From positions 23,838,669-23,902,668 of the forward strand of contig CM119265.1 in the NCBI GenBank assembly GCA_051294375.1: 64,000 nucleotides of DNA, written 5' to 3'. Source of the DNA: Paraspadella gotoi (Eukaryota; Animalia; Chaetognatha). The position numbers and the translations under genes are program-made. Positions 50,501 to 63,500 of this stretch are shown here, piece after piece. The notes below the pieces were generated by a model, which was not told where the DNA came from, did no database searches, and saw nothing but the letters and a program-made list of their open reading frames with translations. How positions within the stretch are numbered: position 1 is the stretch's first letter; every line of letters begins with the position of its first letter.

Positions 50501-51170
50501 GAATGAGGGAGACGCGGACCAAGAACCGTATATTCTGACACATATCATTTATTAATATAGCACGATACTCTTTTCACCAAAAGGAAACAGATCAATAAAT
50601 GATAAGTAATGACAATCAATAAAGATTATTTATAACTGAAATGAGTTTATAAATGTTCGTAGTTTCCATCGAGTCCGTCGGCGTCCACGCGAATCCGTCT
50701 CCAACATCGATTCATAAAAGTATTGCATCACGCATAAAATGGGGTATATTTTTTCGCAATCGAGTAAACAAAAAGATTTCGGAATCTTCTTTACCGTTTT
50801 TTTAAATTTCAGATTTTTTTTTAAATTTCTTTTTCCTTAATTTTTTTCTTNNNNNNNNNNNNNNNNNNNNNNNNNATTTGATTGATTGTAATATTTATTT
50901 TTTAATTCGACCATCCCTCCGTCCATCCATCCCTTCCACCGTGAAGACCAATACTCCCGCGCCGAGGAGGACTACACGTCTGCGCTCTCCATTTTCTCCG
51001 ACGACCCGCTGGTCTTCAAGAGTCGCGGCGACATCCGTGGGAAACTGGGGAAGCCGGCGGAGGCGATCGCCGACTACAAGCAGGCCTTGTTCCTGCAGAG
51101 TCGGATCCAGGAATTGGGGCCGAACCGGGCGCGGGCCAGGGCGAAGATTGAGCTCATGCCCGCGGCCTGA
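28352..51170 (+). CDS. TTC6: Large tetratricopeptide-repeat protein, TTC6-like (low-complexity N-terminus, long TPR array); the assembly duplicates part of it
   Basis: Many GT-AG exons encode TPRs ([48 protein letters not shown]); N-terminal motifs LHWSLAPPR and [10 protein letters not shown]; last exon after the N gap ends ...ELMPAA* at 51170. The name is from recalled similarity. Confidence 0.75.
28599..28720 (+). repeat. (GA)n microsatellite; similar tracts at about 35459-35546, 53193-53275 and 58888-58962
   Basis: Direct reading of GA dinucleotide runs shortly after intron donors. Confidence 0.95.
30498..30582 (+). repeat. (TTTTC)n pentanucleotide microsatellite
   Basis: Direct reading. 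Confidence 0.95.
36313..36578 (+). mobile_element. SINE-like element with tRNA-type pol III A/B boxes
   Basis: A box TGGCTGAGCAGG 36371-36382 and B box GGTTCAATCCC 36414-36424 at tRNA-like spacing; no complete cloverleaf; GC-rich body inside an AT-rich intron. Confidence 0.5.
36783..38350 (-). CDS. Cytochrome P450, clan 2 (CYP2/17/21-like), nested antisense in a TTC6 intron; one 75-nt intron and one apparent 1-bp assembly frameshift
   Basis: N-terminal TM anchor plus PSGP hinge, WKDLQR, I-helix [26 protein letters not shown]|F across intron 37095-37021, heme motif [10 protein letters not shown], stop at 36783. Frameshift near 37840. Confidence 0.9.
41688..50690 (+). other. Second, indel-rich copy of about 33119-41665 (TTC6 exons plus nested CYP at 45813-47371); probable long-read gap-fill artefact
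   Basis: Collinear near-identity. Dense 1-2 bp indels decrease towards 50 kb, while copy A gains errors near its own 3' end (40770-40900). Adjacent to a 25-N gap. Confidence 0.85.
50087..50706 (+). mobile_element. Solo LTR (620 bp) with 4-bp target-site duplication; truncated copy at 41063-41665
   Basis: Ends TGTTGGAG...CTCCAACA; flanked by TCGA at 50083-50086 and 50707-50710; internal AATAAA at about 50594. Confidence 0.75.
50851..50875. other. Assembly gap (25 N)
   Basis: Run of n characters. Confidence 1.
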
Positions 51171-51477
51171 AAAAATCTTTCCCCCCCCCCACCCCCCCGA
51201 GGAAAAAAAAAAATTGCAGATCTCATTTCAATGCCAAAATGAAATGATAAGAATTGATGAATATTGCATGCATAGCCTTTTATTTTTACGACGCAGCAAA
51301 GTATTTAATGTTATTTATATCCAACCGCTTCTTTATACCTCTTTGCTTTTTTCTTGCCAACAGATGTGACTTCTCGTTCAAAAGTTTTAAAACTGACCCT
51401 TGTACAGTATTGCTAATCATCAACTCACCCAAAAGAAAGCACGAACTTACCCTCTCAGTATTCCCACGTCCGTTGCA

Positions 51478-53188
51478 ATGACGACGGAGCAGTTGACGGA
51501 GGTGGAGGCTGTAGTCATGTCGACGGTGCTGGAGGATTTCCTGGATCAGCTGAAGATCATGGGTCGCATCCTGCCGGCGTCGCTGGAGCATAGATCCAAC
51601 GCGGAGGAGATTGTTCGCGGCGAAATCGGACAAGTCATGACCAATCAGTTGTTTTTGCAGGCGAGGCTTAGTCGGTGTTGCTGCATCGAGAATGCTTTTG
51701 CTTTCATTTATTAATTAATTAATTAAATAATTAATTAATTATTTATTAATTCATTCATTCATTCATTTATTTTATTTATTTATTTAATTTATTTAATTAT
51801 TTCGCAGACTAACTACGAGGAACTGATGCAGCGTCGCGCGGCTCTGCTCCGCGACGGCGCCGCCGACCGCCGCGTTGACCCCAAAATCCTCGCCAACATC
51901 GCCGCCGACATCGAGAACGTCGGCGGGAGCATCAAAGCCGGGATGCGGCAGTTCGCCCGCTCGGTCAAGCAGAGCCCTCTCACCGCGGACAATATGCAGA
52001 AGATTCAGGTGAGGTTTTGAAATTTCTGAGGTGAGGAAAGTGAGGAAAAATATTGCATTGGGTTAAGAAAGTTTTCTTATTAGTACTTTAACTAATCTGA
52101 CATTTCAATCAATAAATTATCATCAACTTTTATTTAGTAACTTTAAGATAATCTTAGACATTCAAACTCTTTATTATTTTATTACTGCTAAGATTATTGT
52201 TCTCATCTAAGAACGAATGAAAAATTGTTTTAAAACAAAAGTACCCTCCAAAACCTTACCTAAGCCTTACCCTTCAGCACGACCGTACTTTTCTCGAAGA
52301 CGTCGTGAGCGCCACCATCGGCGAAATCCTCAAGACGCAGACTTGCGAGAATCTCTTCGCCGCAGTCAGGGAGGAACAGGAGCAGAAGAATCTGCTCCAG
52401 AAGACGATTCAAAAGGAGGAAGAAGGGAGGAAAAGAGTCAGGCAGCTGCAGAGAAAGGTTCAGGTATGTATAAGTATACGTCTTTGTATCTTCTTTTACC
52501 TTTTCCTCACCTTGAACTTACCCTGACAGGAGATGAAGCGCGAACGCGAGACGGAAATCCAACAACGAAACGAGATGATCGCCCACCTCAAGGACCAACT
52601 GCAGGTAAGTCTTAACTCGCCCTTCTCGGTCAAGTCTGAAGACAAAATAGAAAAAACCAAAATTAAAAACCTAAACCCAGTCTGATGCATAAGTCTACAT
52701 TATATATTTATATTTATATTACATAATATATTTATATATTTATAGCAACAACAACATACGATTGATTTGATTGATGGAATTTGAAATAGTTGTTATTTTA
52801 TCAGTTTATTGAGCCAATCAGTCGTTCGATGAGCTAAATATTTTTTTGATTGATTTATTGATTTTCTGATTGAGTAACCGCAGGAAATGAAGCTAATTAT
52901 TTGACCGATTGATTGATTCCAGGAAATGAAGCTAATTATTTGACCGATTGATTGATTCCAGGAAATGAAGCTAATTATTTGACTGATTGATTGATTCCAG
53001 GAAATGAAGGCGAAGACGTCGATGGAGAATCGCTACGTGAAGAAGATGGCGGAGGTGACGGTGGCGCAGACGCAACGTCGCTGCCATCTGACGGAGAAAG
53101 AGTTGAAGGAGGAGATCGAGAAGTTAAGGGCGAAGATCGACGAGGAGACGAGGGTCAACATGGAGATTGAATCGTTTTTGAAGTGAGG

Positions 53189-53279
<91 letters not shown>

Positions 53280-54105
53280 AAATCGAATGTCATCTACCTT
53301 TTTCACCGCTCCAGAACTCACCAACAAGAGCTGGAGCGGCGAGTGGAATTTTGGCGGGAAAAACACGAGAAAGATTTGGAGGCTAAACAGCACGAGCTCA
53401 ACGTGCTTAAGGTAAGTGGGTTTGAGGTAAATAGGGTAAGGTTAAGTCTAATTAAAAATTGGGTTTATTCTTCAGGGGGCCAATAAAATGTTACTTTTAC
53501 GAAAAACTTTTTATTAAGCGTTCTTTTAAACTTACTCCATTATAAATAAAAAAATCAATAAAAACAAACAAAACCTTATTAAACAAAGAAAAGTAAGCTG
53601 GAATCACAAGAATAATTAAAGTAGTAAACTAGCAATTCTGATAATTAAATCATTAATTATTTAGCTATTAATTGAACCACAAATAAACATGATCATTTAT
53701 TAATGTAAAATATTAATATTAAACCCTTAGGGCAATAGAACAAAACTTTATCAAAGCTTAATCAGAATACGACAATATGCAAATGAGATTGAGAAACTCA
53801 ATCTCATTTCTGATAATTCACAAATTAATCTGCGACACATCCAGGCGTCGAAAGCTTCCGACCTGGCCCGCCTCCAAGAGTTGACGCGGAAATACGCCGA
53901 GTACGAAGCCGTCGTCGTTGAAGACCGAATCGAGAAGGAGAAGGCGAGGAGGAAGGCGGAGCAGGAGGCGAGGGAGATGACGGCGACGGTGAAGATCCAA
54001 TCCTGGTGGAGGGGGGTCATGGTTCGGAAAGGGTTGGGGTCTTATAGCAAGAAGAAGAAAAAGGGGAAAGGGAAAAAGGGGAAAAAGTCGGGGAAGAATA
54101 GGTGA
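51478..54105 (+). CDS. IQCG: IQ domain-containing protein G / dynein regulatory complex subunit 9
   Basis: [42 protein letters not shown], coiled coil, C-terminal IQ motif ATVKIQSWWRGVMVRKGLG and Lys/Gly tail; 7 exons. Confidence 0.88.
52881..53009 (+). repeat. 39-bp tandem repeat (x3 plus partial) spanning an IQCG splice acceptor
   Basis: Unit caggaaatgaagctaattatttgaccgattgattgattc; CAG at 52881, 52920, 52959 and 52998. Confidence 0.9.
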
Positions 54106-54599
54106 TCGGGGGAGGGGGAGGTGGGGGGAATGGGGTGGAAGTGAGGTGGAGGGGAAGTAGGGAAATATTACAAGGAGGAAAAATGTGAGGGGAAGGAGAT
54201 AGTGGGAAAATGAGGAAGAAAAAAAAAGGGAAGGAAATTGTGTAAAATAGGGTAAGAATATTGGTAAGAAATCGGAAAAGAATAAATGATGTTGGAAGAG
54301 GATAGAGTGGGAAAATTACCAAGGGAATTTGATATAACTGATAAAAGGGAATAAATAAACGATACAAAACCGAAAATATTTTTGGATTCTCGATTTCCGC
54401 ACAAAGAAAAATTCCACGTTTACTTTCATTTCGTATCGTGATTAAGATCCTTTGCCGATGAACTTTTTTGCTCGCATGAATTTCTAGTCATTATATTTAA
54501 ACGCTTTTTTCAGGCAAGTTAAGAGTATTTACATAAAAAAAAAAAAACAAAAATAAATAAAAAAGCGAAATAAAAAAAATCAACAAAAGAGCAACGAGG

Positions 54600-57500
54600 A
54601 TGGGCGATTACGATCGATCGAAAGAAGTCGAGGCGATGTTGACGCGAATTCGCAAAGAAAAAAAAACCAAAGACGCGGATTCGTTTCTCGACAGCATCGA
54701 TCGAGTGACGGACGTCGTCGACAGGCTTAAGGTCAGTCGGTCGGTCTCTCACTTTTTCTGTCAGCCTTTGTTTTTTTTGTTTTTATTTTCCTTTATAATT
54801 ATATTTTTCTTTGCTCTTCTCTTTTTGTTATCTTCCTCCCTTTTTTTCCCCATAAACCACTAAACCTCCAAAGGACGCCGAGACCACAGAAGATCTCGAC
54901 GCCGCCCGCAACGACGCCGATTCGTTGGCAGCAGAGATCAGCGCCGTCCAACGACGCCGCAAAAACGACGACGACGACGACGACGAGGATCTCGGGATCG
55001 AGACGCGCGTCGTTTACTCAAAAACCTCCATCAACCGCAACGCAAAGTTTGACGACGTCGCAGCGCCCCCGCCGGGCCTGCCGCCGGGCCTGATGTCCGC
55101 GCCGCAGCAGGAGCAGGTAAGCGGAGCGGTAAGGGTTTTTTTATTTTTAGTAAACTTCATTATTTTGGTCATTCAACTTTTTGTTTTATGCCAGTAATTA
55201 TTTAGTAGTTATATTTTGAGAAATAACTGTTGTACGGTTTTAAATATTAGGGAAAAAATTGTTAATAGAAATGAAATAATTACAATATGTTTAATGATTA
55301 GTTTATTAACTCATTCCTTTTTGATAATACGTTTAAAAACCGATTATTTATTTTTATTATAGAAATTCGTGTCTTTTGTTTAATTTTTTATTAACTCTTG
55401 TTTTATCTCATCGACTGCAGATGTCCCAAGAAGCGTTCATGGCGGCGATGGAGAAGGACGCCGAGGAACGCTACCAGCGCCGTCTGGCGAATTCAAAAGT
55501 GGCGGACGGATGGAGAGAGAAAGGGAACGAGGCCTTCAAGAAGGAGGATTTCGAAGATGCGGTGGAGTGCTACTCGGAGGCGCTGAAGGTTGGGGAGGAA
55601 AATGAAAAGAGAGAGAGAGAGAGAGGAAAGAAGAAGGGGTGAAATAGGAGAGAGAATTGAAAGGAAGTAAAAATTTGTTAGAGAGAAATTATAAAACGAA
55701 AGTAATTTTAATTAACTAAATTCAATTTGATAATCTTAAAACTACCTATATTGCATGTTTGCATAAAATCCTTATTTATTACGATTTATTACATAAATCT
55801 CTTGTTTTTATCACGAACTAAGACGGGCTCTTCTCCCCACCGTCACTAGGTCTTCAAGGATTGCCCCCCTCTCTGGACGAACCGCGGCCAAGCGCTCCTC
55901 AGACTCGGCCGCTTCGCCGAAGCGCTCGCCGACGCCGACTTCGCTCTTCGCGTTTTCGACGACTGCGTTAAGGCGCGATTCATCCGCGGTCGAGCGCTCA
56001 TCGGGTTGAAAGACTTTGATGGCGCGGAGGAGACGTTTCGAGAGGCGGCGACGGGGGATGCGAAGAAGGACAAGGTGAGTTAAGAGTTAATCGCTGCGGT
56101 TGGTTTCTTTTTTCATTTTTATAAATAATAATATGACGTTTTTTTTTATACTTGTACTACTTTATACTACTACTATGTCAAATGTTGTCAAAATAACTAT
56201 CGAATTCAATTTTACAAAATAGCTAAATCTCGTTGGGACTCAAAACCGATTTTTTTCTCTTCGCATTAATTTTTTTTCCCCTGGCTTCGTGATTTTTTTT
56301 CGGTTTCTACCTCAGTTTTAAATAAACTTTAAGACTTCAAAACAAGACGAAAAATATTGCTTACTAAACACATTACAGCTGAATTAATACGTAAATTCCG
56401 TGGAATACAAAATGTTTGACCAAACTCATAATTCTTTCATTCATCCGATCCATGAAGGTCGTGGAGACGTATTTGGCTCGAGTGGAGGAGGCGCGCCTCG
56501 TCGAGCGTCAAGAGAAAGACGCGGAACGTTTGGCCGAGTCGCGTGCCGAGTTCTCCGGCGACCTGGAGGACACGGTGAAGCGACTCCGGAGCCAAGACCG
56601 GCCATCGATGTACTACGCCGGCGGTCTGCGCGTCCTCGCTTCCAAGATGAACGACGTGGCGTGCTCGACGCTGTTCAGGACGCGAGGAGGGTTCGAGCTG
56701 TTCGGGGCGGAACATCCCAAGATCAGGAGCATTCTGTTGAGAGATTTGAAGGTATTTGAAAAAAACACAAAAAAAACAAGGCGAATATCACAGAAGAAAA
56801 AAACAAACAACGTTAAAAATAGATATAAAATTTATATACAAAACTCAACGCTTTTTTTTCCACCGCTTTGTCCTCAACCCATTCGATCATCCCCAGGATC
56901 TCCGCCGCGAGGAACTGGACTTCCTAGACGCCGTCTTCGATCTCTTCGTCGTCGTCTGCGCCGCCAACGCCGAGAATCAGCGCCGCTTCTGTCGCCTCGA
57001 CGCCGTCCTGGAAAGCGTCGTCAAAGTGTTGCGGTGCAAAGGGTTGAAGAATACGAAGGTGGGTTTGGTTTGGAGTGATGAATGTGGAATGAGGAGTTTT
57101 GTTTTTCTCTTTATTCTTTTTCTTTTGATATTGGATTATTATCTTTTTAGTTGTCATATCCTTTTTCCTAACCTTTTCAGTTTTCTCACCTTGTTGAAGT
57201 TTACTACAAATAAGTCATTTAAGCGTTGTGCTTAAATTTAATATTTTCTGTTTTGTTCGTTTAATCCGAGGAGTATCAAGATTTTTTTACATCCCGATCG
57301 AACGTCTTGTTTTATCTTGGTTGTGCTTTCCCTGCCGAAGTCTTAGATATAATTTAAAACCAATATGAATAATAAAAAGAATTTACCTTTCTCCTGACCA
57401 TGGACACTGGCCACAGTGGCCACTGGCCAGTTTATGAAGTATTATGGTCTACATTCCTCTGAAGAGATGATTAAAATAACCTCGCAATGATTCCATATTT

Positions 57501-58884
57501 GCATTGCTTCTCTCTCAGGAATCTGCCGTCAAACTGCTCTTCACCATCTCTGAGTCGAGCGTCGGCCGCGAGTCCCTCGTCTCGGCCTTCGACGTCCCCA
57601 AACTCGTCGCCGACATCTTCGTCCTCGTTCGGTTCGCGTGGGGGACGCTGGCGACGATGGCCACAAAGCTGCTCAACAATCTGGCGCTGGATCAAAAGTT
57701 TAAACAAGTGAGCGTGGGGTCAGACGTTCTTTGGGATTTTTTTTTTGGGGGGGGGGTTCTTTTTCCGTTCTTTTTCCGTTTATTTCGATATTTACTGTTG
57801 ACTTTCCAATCGCATTTTACATTTTTGTCATTTCGTTTTTCTTTTTTTAATATTTTAATTTTATTCTTTACGATTACTAAAATGTTAGCAAATTTCACTT
57901 CTTTTTTCTCGTATTCCATTAACAAATTGTATATATTTTAATAGTTTTCCTGACATCAAATTGGTGTAGTGTTTGTATTATTTTTTTATAAGTCAATTGA
58001 TGCACTCTTGTCTACAAAATTCTTTACAAACTTCCTCTTCCCCTCCAATCTCCACAGCTTCTCCGCGACAACTTCGCCTCGGAAGTGCTGCCACCTTTCG
58101 AGGCGCTCGTCGGCGTCGGCGGCGCCATGGACGTCAGGGTCATTCCGTCGGCGTTGGGGACGATGGCGAACCTGGCGGGAGACGGCGCTATCAGACGAGT
58201 CCTGGCGTCGAGACAAAGCGTTTGGGAGTCGTCGACGAGACTATTGGAGGATTCTGTATCGAGAATGGAGGGTAAGGGGTGGGTGAGGTAAGCTGAGGTC
58301 AGGGTAGGGTAGGGGATGAGAAAAAAAGAATTTTAGATAGGAGAATGCGAGAAATGGAAAAAAGAGAAGTGGAAGGGAAAGAATTGGTTAGGAGAGGAAA
58401 GGAAAGAGGAAAAGAGGATTAAATAGAAAAGAAGAAAAAAAGAAGAAAAAAGAAAAAAAAAGAAAAGAAAAAAGAAATTTTTAAAAATTAAAAAAATAAT
58501 GTTTCACGAGGAATTTCTTTTCTCAATTCCCGATCTTATCAATGATCCCATAAGCCGAATGATATTCGTCAAATATTTATGTTCCTAATTTTCCCACGAT
58601 CTTCAGCGAGCGTCACCGCTCCGTCTCTCGTCTCCACGCCCCTCGACGACGTGGAGGCGTGGAAGTGTCACCACGCGTTGGGACTCTTGATCAACGTCTC
58701 CAAGGAGGCGACGCCGTCGAGGAAGGAGTTGACGCCACGGATCGTCAAGTCTTGCGTCCGTGTGGTCGTGCGAGAGGCGCCGAAGGAGAAGAGGAGAGCG
58801 GGAGAGAGAGAGGAAGAGGAGGAGGTGGAGGGAAAGGAAGGGGAGTCGAGGAGAGTGTGGAGGTCAGTAAGGATATCTCGAGGA

Positions 58885-58969
<85 letters not shown>

Positions 58970-60020
58970 TGAACGAGATGAATGAGAATTAAATGATTGG
59001 CCGGTTAATGCATGAGCATGATTATTGATTAACTTCTCTCTCTCTCTTATTCCAAATCCTCAAGTGTAAAATTTTAAAATTAGGCCCTAAAAAAATGAAT
59101 GGGTTTTAATAACTCATTTTTCATTTATAGAATCCAACGGAATCTCCTTTCAACGATTGTCCCGCGACGCGATCTCTGATCCTCTTGGGCATCCTTCTTC
59201 CATCCTACAACTCCATCAATGACTCCAGCGACGCCGACGACTCCACCACCAGTTCCAACGAATCTCCTCCAACATCCCCACCTCCGTCTTTTGATTCGAT
59301 CGTCGACGAAGCTTCGATCTCCGCCATCTTGGATTTCCTGAGATTCGGCGAATCCGCTCAAGTTAAATCGGCTTCCAAAGTCTTGGCCGCGTCGCTCAAG
59401 GTGAGTGTCTGACTGAATTTTATAAAGATAATTTTTGAAAACAAACTCGTATATTACAATTCTTCTGGAGTATGCGATGACGTTGTTGTTTGATCACCGT
59501 TTTACGTATAGAAAGAATATAAAAGCAAAAAAGTAACTAAAAAAGAAAATTAAAAAAAGAGAAAAAAAACTGCCCACTTAACTATTATTTTTGCCAAAGT
59601 TAATTTATCTTTTAAATTTATATATTTTTCCCGATTATACCCAAATACATGATCAACTCCTCGCCCTCCCCGAAGCAATCCCCTATCGTCGCCCGGGACG
59701 CCGTCGTCGCCAGCGGCAAAGGCGTCTCTACCTTGACGGCGTTGCTTAAGGACGCCGACCCGATGACGGTCGGCAACGCGGCGCTGGCGTTGGGCGCCGT
59801 CGTCGAGGCGCCGCGCGTCGCCGCTAAGCTGACCAAGACGGCCGTCGTCAAGCGTCTCTTGACGCTGACGGGCGACGCCACAGCGTTGAAGCAAGTCCGG
59901 GAGAACGCCGCCATCTTGTTGGCCAAGCTGGCGAAGAAGGATCCACGCCATCTGGAGACGCTGAGAGAGTTGCACGGAGTGGAGATTCTTCATCACAGCA
60001 TGAAGTTGATCAAGACGTGA
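54600..60020 (+). CDS. TTC12: Tetratricopeptide repeat protein 12 (TPR plus armadillo repeats; dynein-arm assembly factor)
   Basis: DSFLDSIDRV, SKTSINR, MSQEAFMAAMEKDAEER, KGNEAFKKEDFEDAVECYSEAL, LWTNRGQA, TLFRTRGGF, VGNAALAL, VRENAAILLAKLA...LRELHGVEILH. Confidence 0.88.
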
Positions 60021-60528
60021 TGGAGGACAAAATGTGGAGAAAAAACCGGGGAAAAATGAAAACAGAACGATCCATAATTATCTAGCAATTATTGCAAAAC
60101 AATTCCACGAAAATTTCAGGAGAAAACAAATTAAAATGCGCTTGAAATTTTCTTAGATATATTTCGTTTTGTGGGTATTTGTCTCCAACCGTTCTTTTAA
60201 AAAAATTAATAAATAATTTACCCTATTTCGCACTTATGTATTAGTACTGTCTTTTTTAATTATTCAATTGAGCCGCTGAAAAAATATTTTTCATCATCTG
60301 TATTTATCGAGAAGTCAAATCGGTTCAGATTGACTTTAGCTACCTGTCTGGCGAAACCGAGCCACACCTGCTGCATTCTGAATCATCTAGTCGAATTGTC
60401 TAAGCTCATTCGGCGGCTTGTTATACATTTGCCATTCTTAACTCGCGAGTTTGTTTTGTATTTAAGCTTGATTTTTAACATAAACTTATTAACCGGATTT
60501 TCGACTGCGCCAATGTAAAGAGACGACC

Positions 60529-63500
60529 ATGCCCGATTGGAACTTTCTGGGCGGCTTGGGCGACAAACGCCTGGAGGACGATGACGCCGACAAAATCGTC
60601 GACGAATTACGCGATGCCGATCCTGCCGCCATTCCGGACGGTCGACTCCGCCTGGTTGTGCGCCTGACCCACGCGGCCATGCTGATCAAGTCGGAGCAAG
60701 CCGATGTCGCCATGGAGGAATTGGAGAACATGGCGCAGAGCGACGGGAGGGGCGGGGCTCGACGCGAGCGGGAACTGGAATCGCGCGTCAGGGAGTTGGA
60801 GGAAGAATTGGCGCGGGAGAGTCGCGACGGGCGCCGATCGCGGGCCGGTGGCGGAGCCAGGGATCTGCAGAAGCGGTGCGCCATGTTGGAAGAAGATTTA
60901 AAAGATTTGGAGAAGGAATTGAACGAGGAGAAGCGTCGATCGGCGGAAATGGAGGATAAGAGCGTCGAGGCAGAGAAAAAGGCCAAGTCTTTCAAGAGAG
61001 AATGCGAATCGTTGCAGGCGGACATGAAGGAATTGCTCCACCAGGTGGAATCCACACAGGAAACCATCGACAAAAAGAGCAACGAGGATTCGGAATTCAG
61101 AACCAAAATGACGGAGAAGAATAGACAGCTGTTGGAAGCGTTGGACGAAAACAAAAACCTCTCCGACGCCAATAGGGATTTGCGCGAAGAGTTGGAAGCT
61201 TTGAGGAAGCAGTTGAAGGAGGCGACGGAGCAGATGGATCAGATGGCGGATCAATATTTGGTGATTTCGAAACAGGTGGAGAAGAACGAGGAAAGATCGA
61301 AGGCGATGCAGAAGAAAAACGAAAAATTAGAGACGGAGTTGGAGGAAGTGAATCGTCAGTTGGAGGCGAAATCCAACGTGGATGAGCAGATCATGATGGC
61401 CGTGGAAGACAAGATCGGCGAATGGCGGGATCTTCTAAGGCAAAAGGACGAGGAAGTCGACAGACTCAAGTCCCGCATCCAAGAATTGCAGAGCACTTCG
61501 CTCGTGCGGATGGATGAGTCTCAGAGCATGGCCGCCATGTCCAAGGCGATCTCGGATCGGGACGCGGAAATCCAAGATTTGAAGAATCAGTTGCAACGGG
61601 CGATGGAGGACATGAACTCCTCCACTTTGATGATCGAGGACGTGAAGAAGGGAAATTTGGGAAGTCAAAAGTTGCTGCAGAGACAAATATCGCGAGTGAA
61701 GGAGTTGGAGAAAAAGTTGGAGGAAAATAGGGGAGAGTTTGAGAGATTGAAAACTCGTTTGGCGGAAGCGGAGAAGGACGCGATGTCCAAAGATCGAGAT
61801 TTGAATGACGTCACTATGCGACTGAAAAAGTTTGAGTTGGGTCAATACGGATTGCCGGACGCCATCAAGGAAATAAAAGATTGTAAAAGGAAGTTGAATC
61901 AGCAAGAAGAGATTATAGAAGAGATGGCGAAGGACGCCAACCGTTGCGAGTTAGTAGTTTCGGAACTGGCGGAAGAAAACGAGAGCATGAGAGAAAAACT
62001 CGGTTTACAAATGGACAAACCGCTTGATCTGACTTCATTTAAGATGAAGAAAATCAGACAAAATCAGGAAGATAAAGCGGTCAATGCGATTTTAAAGTCT
62101 GAAATCGAAAGATTGGAAGAGGAAAGGTTGGATCTAAAAAATCAAATTCGTAGATTAGCGCAAAGTGTTGGAGGAAAGGCGGCAGCTTTGGGACTTGATT
62201 CGAACGATTTACTGCTCTTGGATAAATACGCTGAAGAATTAAAGACTAAAAAATCGAATAGTGGCCTCGATTACCAGTCAAAGACTCATGATGTCAAAGC
62301 TGGAATAAGTAAAGAATTAGAACTACTTAAGAAACAAAATGACAAATTTACACAAGACAAAAAGCTATATGACTTAAAGTTTGAAGAGTTACAAAAGGAA
62401 AGAACAGATATTTTGAAGAAATATGAAGATGTTCAGGAAGCAAACAGAAAGCTACTGAAACAGTTATCAGCGTCAGCTTCTGAGACAAAAACAGAAGCTT
62501 CTCAACAAATTGGAAGTAAAAACATTAATTACAAAACAGAATGGGAACAAGCTGAAAGACAAGTTTCGGAACTGCATAGGCAATTAAAAGAATTGAGGTT
62601 AGAGCTAACCGTATCAGAAAAAGAAAGGAATTTATTAGAAAACAAAATAGAAAAATTAACTTCAGATTTGAAAGTAAATAAAAGTGAACGGGATTCGGGT
62701 AAGACTTTGCCCGTCATTCAATCTTCAAGTAGTTCGGAAATTATTCATCTGTTAAATGAAAAGTTATTAAACGCTCTCAATGAAATCAATGTAAAGAATG
62801 AGGCAATTGAACGACTAGAAGCTCAGTTGAACCCTTTAAAACATCGGTACAATGTTTGTCGTCAAAAATTAGTCGTTATGTCAAAACAGTGCTTGGAAAA
62901 AATCGATAGTCAACGATCTCAAGAAGATTTTTTGAAAAATGAACCTGAGAAAGAAACAGAGGGTGTTAAAATAATCGAGTATGAAAGGCTGCTTGATACT
63001 CTAGACAAAGATGACGATGAGATTAAAAGACGATTGGCAGATCTTTCAAGAAAAGTTACTCTTTTAAGAGTGAATGAGAAGATTTTGACAAGAAAATTTA
63101 CTCTCGTCCAAGAATCTGAAGAGGTGTGTCAACGTACATTACAAAGCTATCATAGTGAGCTTTCAGAATTGAAAAAAAGTTTTTCCGAAAAATTCTGTAG
63201 CATCTCGAAACATAAGGAATTGGGTGACATTAGAATTTCTGCTTTGCAAAGAGCTTTAGCTGAAAGCATTCCTGCAGGAGAAATAGAAAAGCTGCAAAAA
63301 GATTATTATAGTCTTGCTGAAAAGTATAGAGAAGCGATGGAAAATGAGAAGACACTAATGGAAAAAAACATTACAAATCAAAACCTAATTGATAACAATA
63401 AAATCTTAAGCGACAGTCTTGTACATTTGAAAAAAGAACTTGAATTAGAAAAATGTAAAAGACTGAAGTTAGAGGAATATTTGGGAGAACAGGGTGTAAA

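Noticed and set aside
52881-53009. CRISPR-like array
   Set aside because: Units are head-to-tail with no unique spacers; eukaryotic context with no cas genes.
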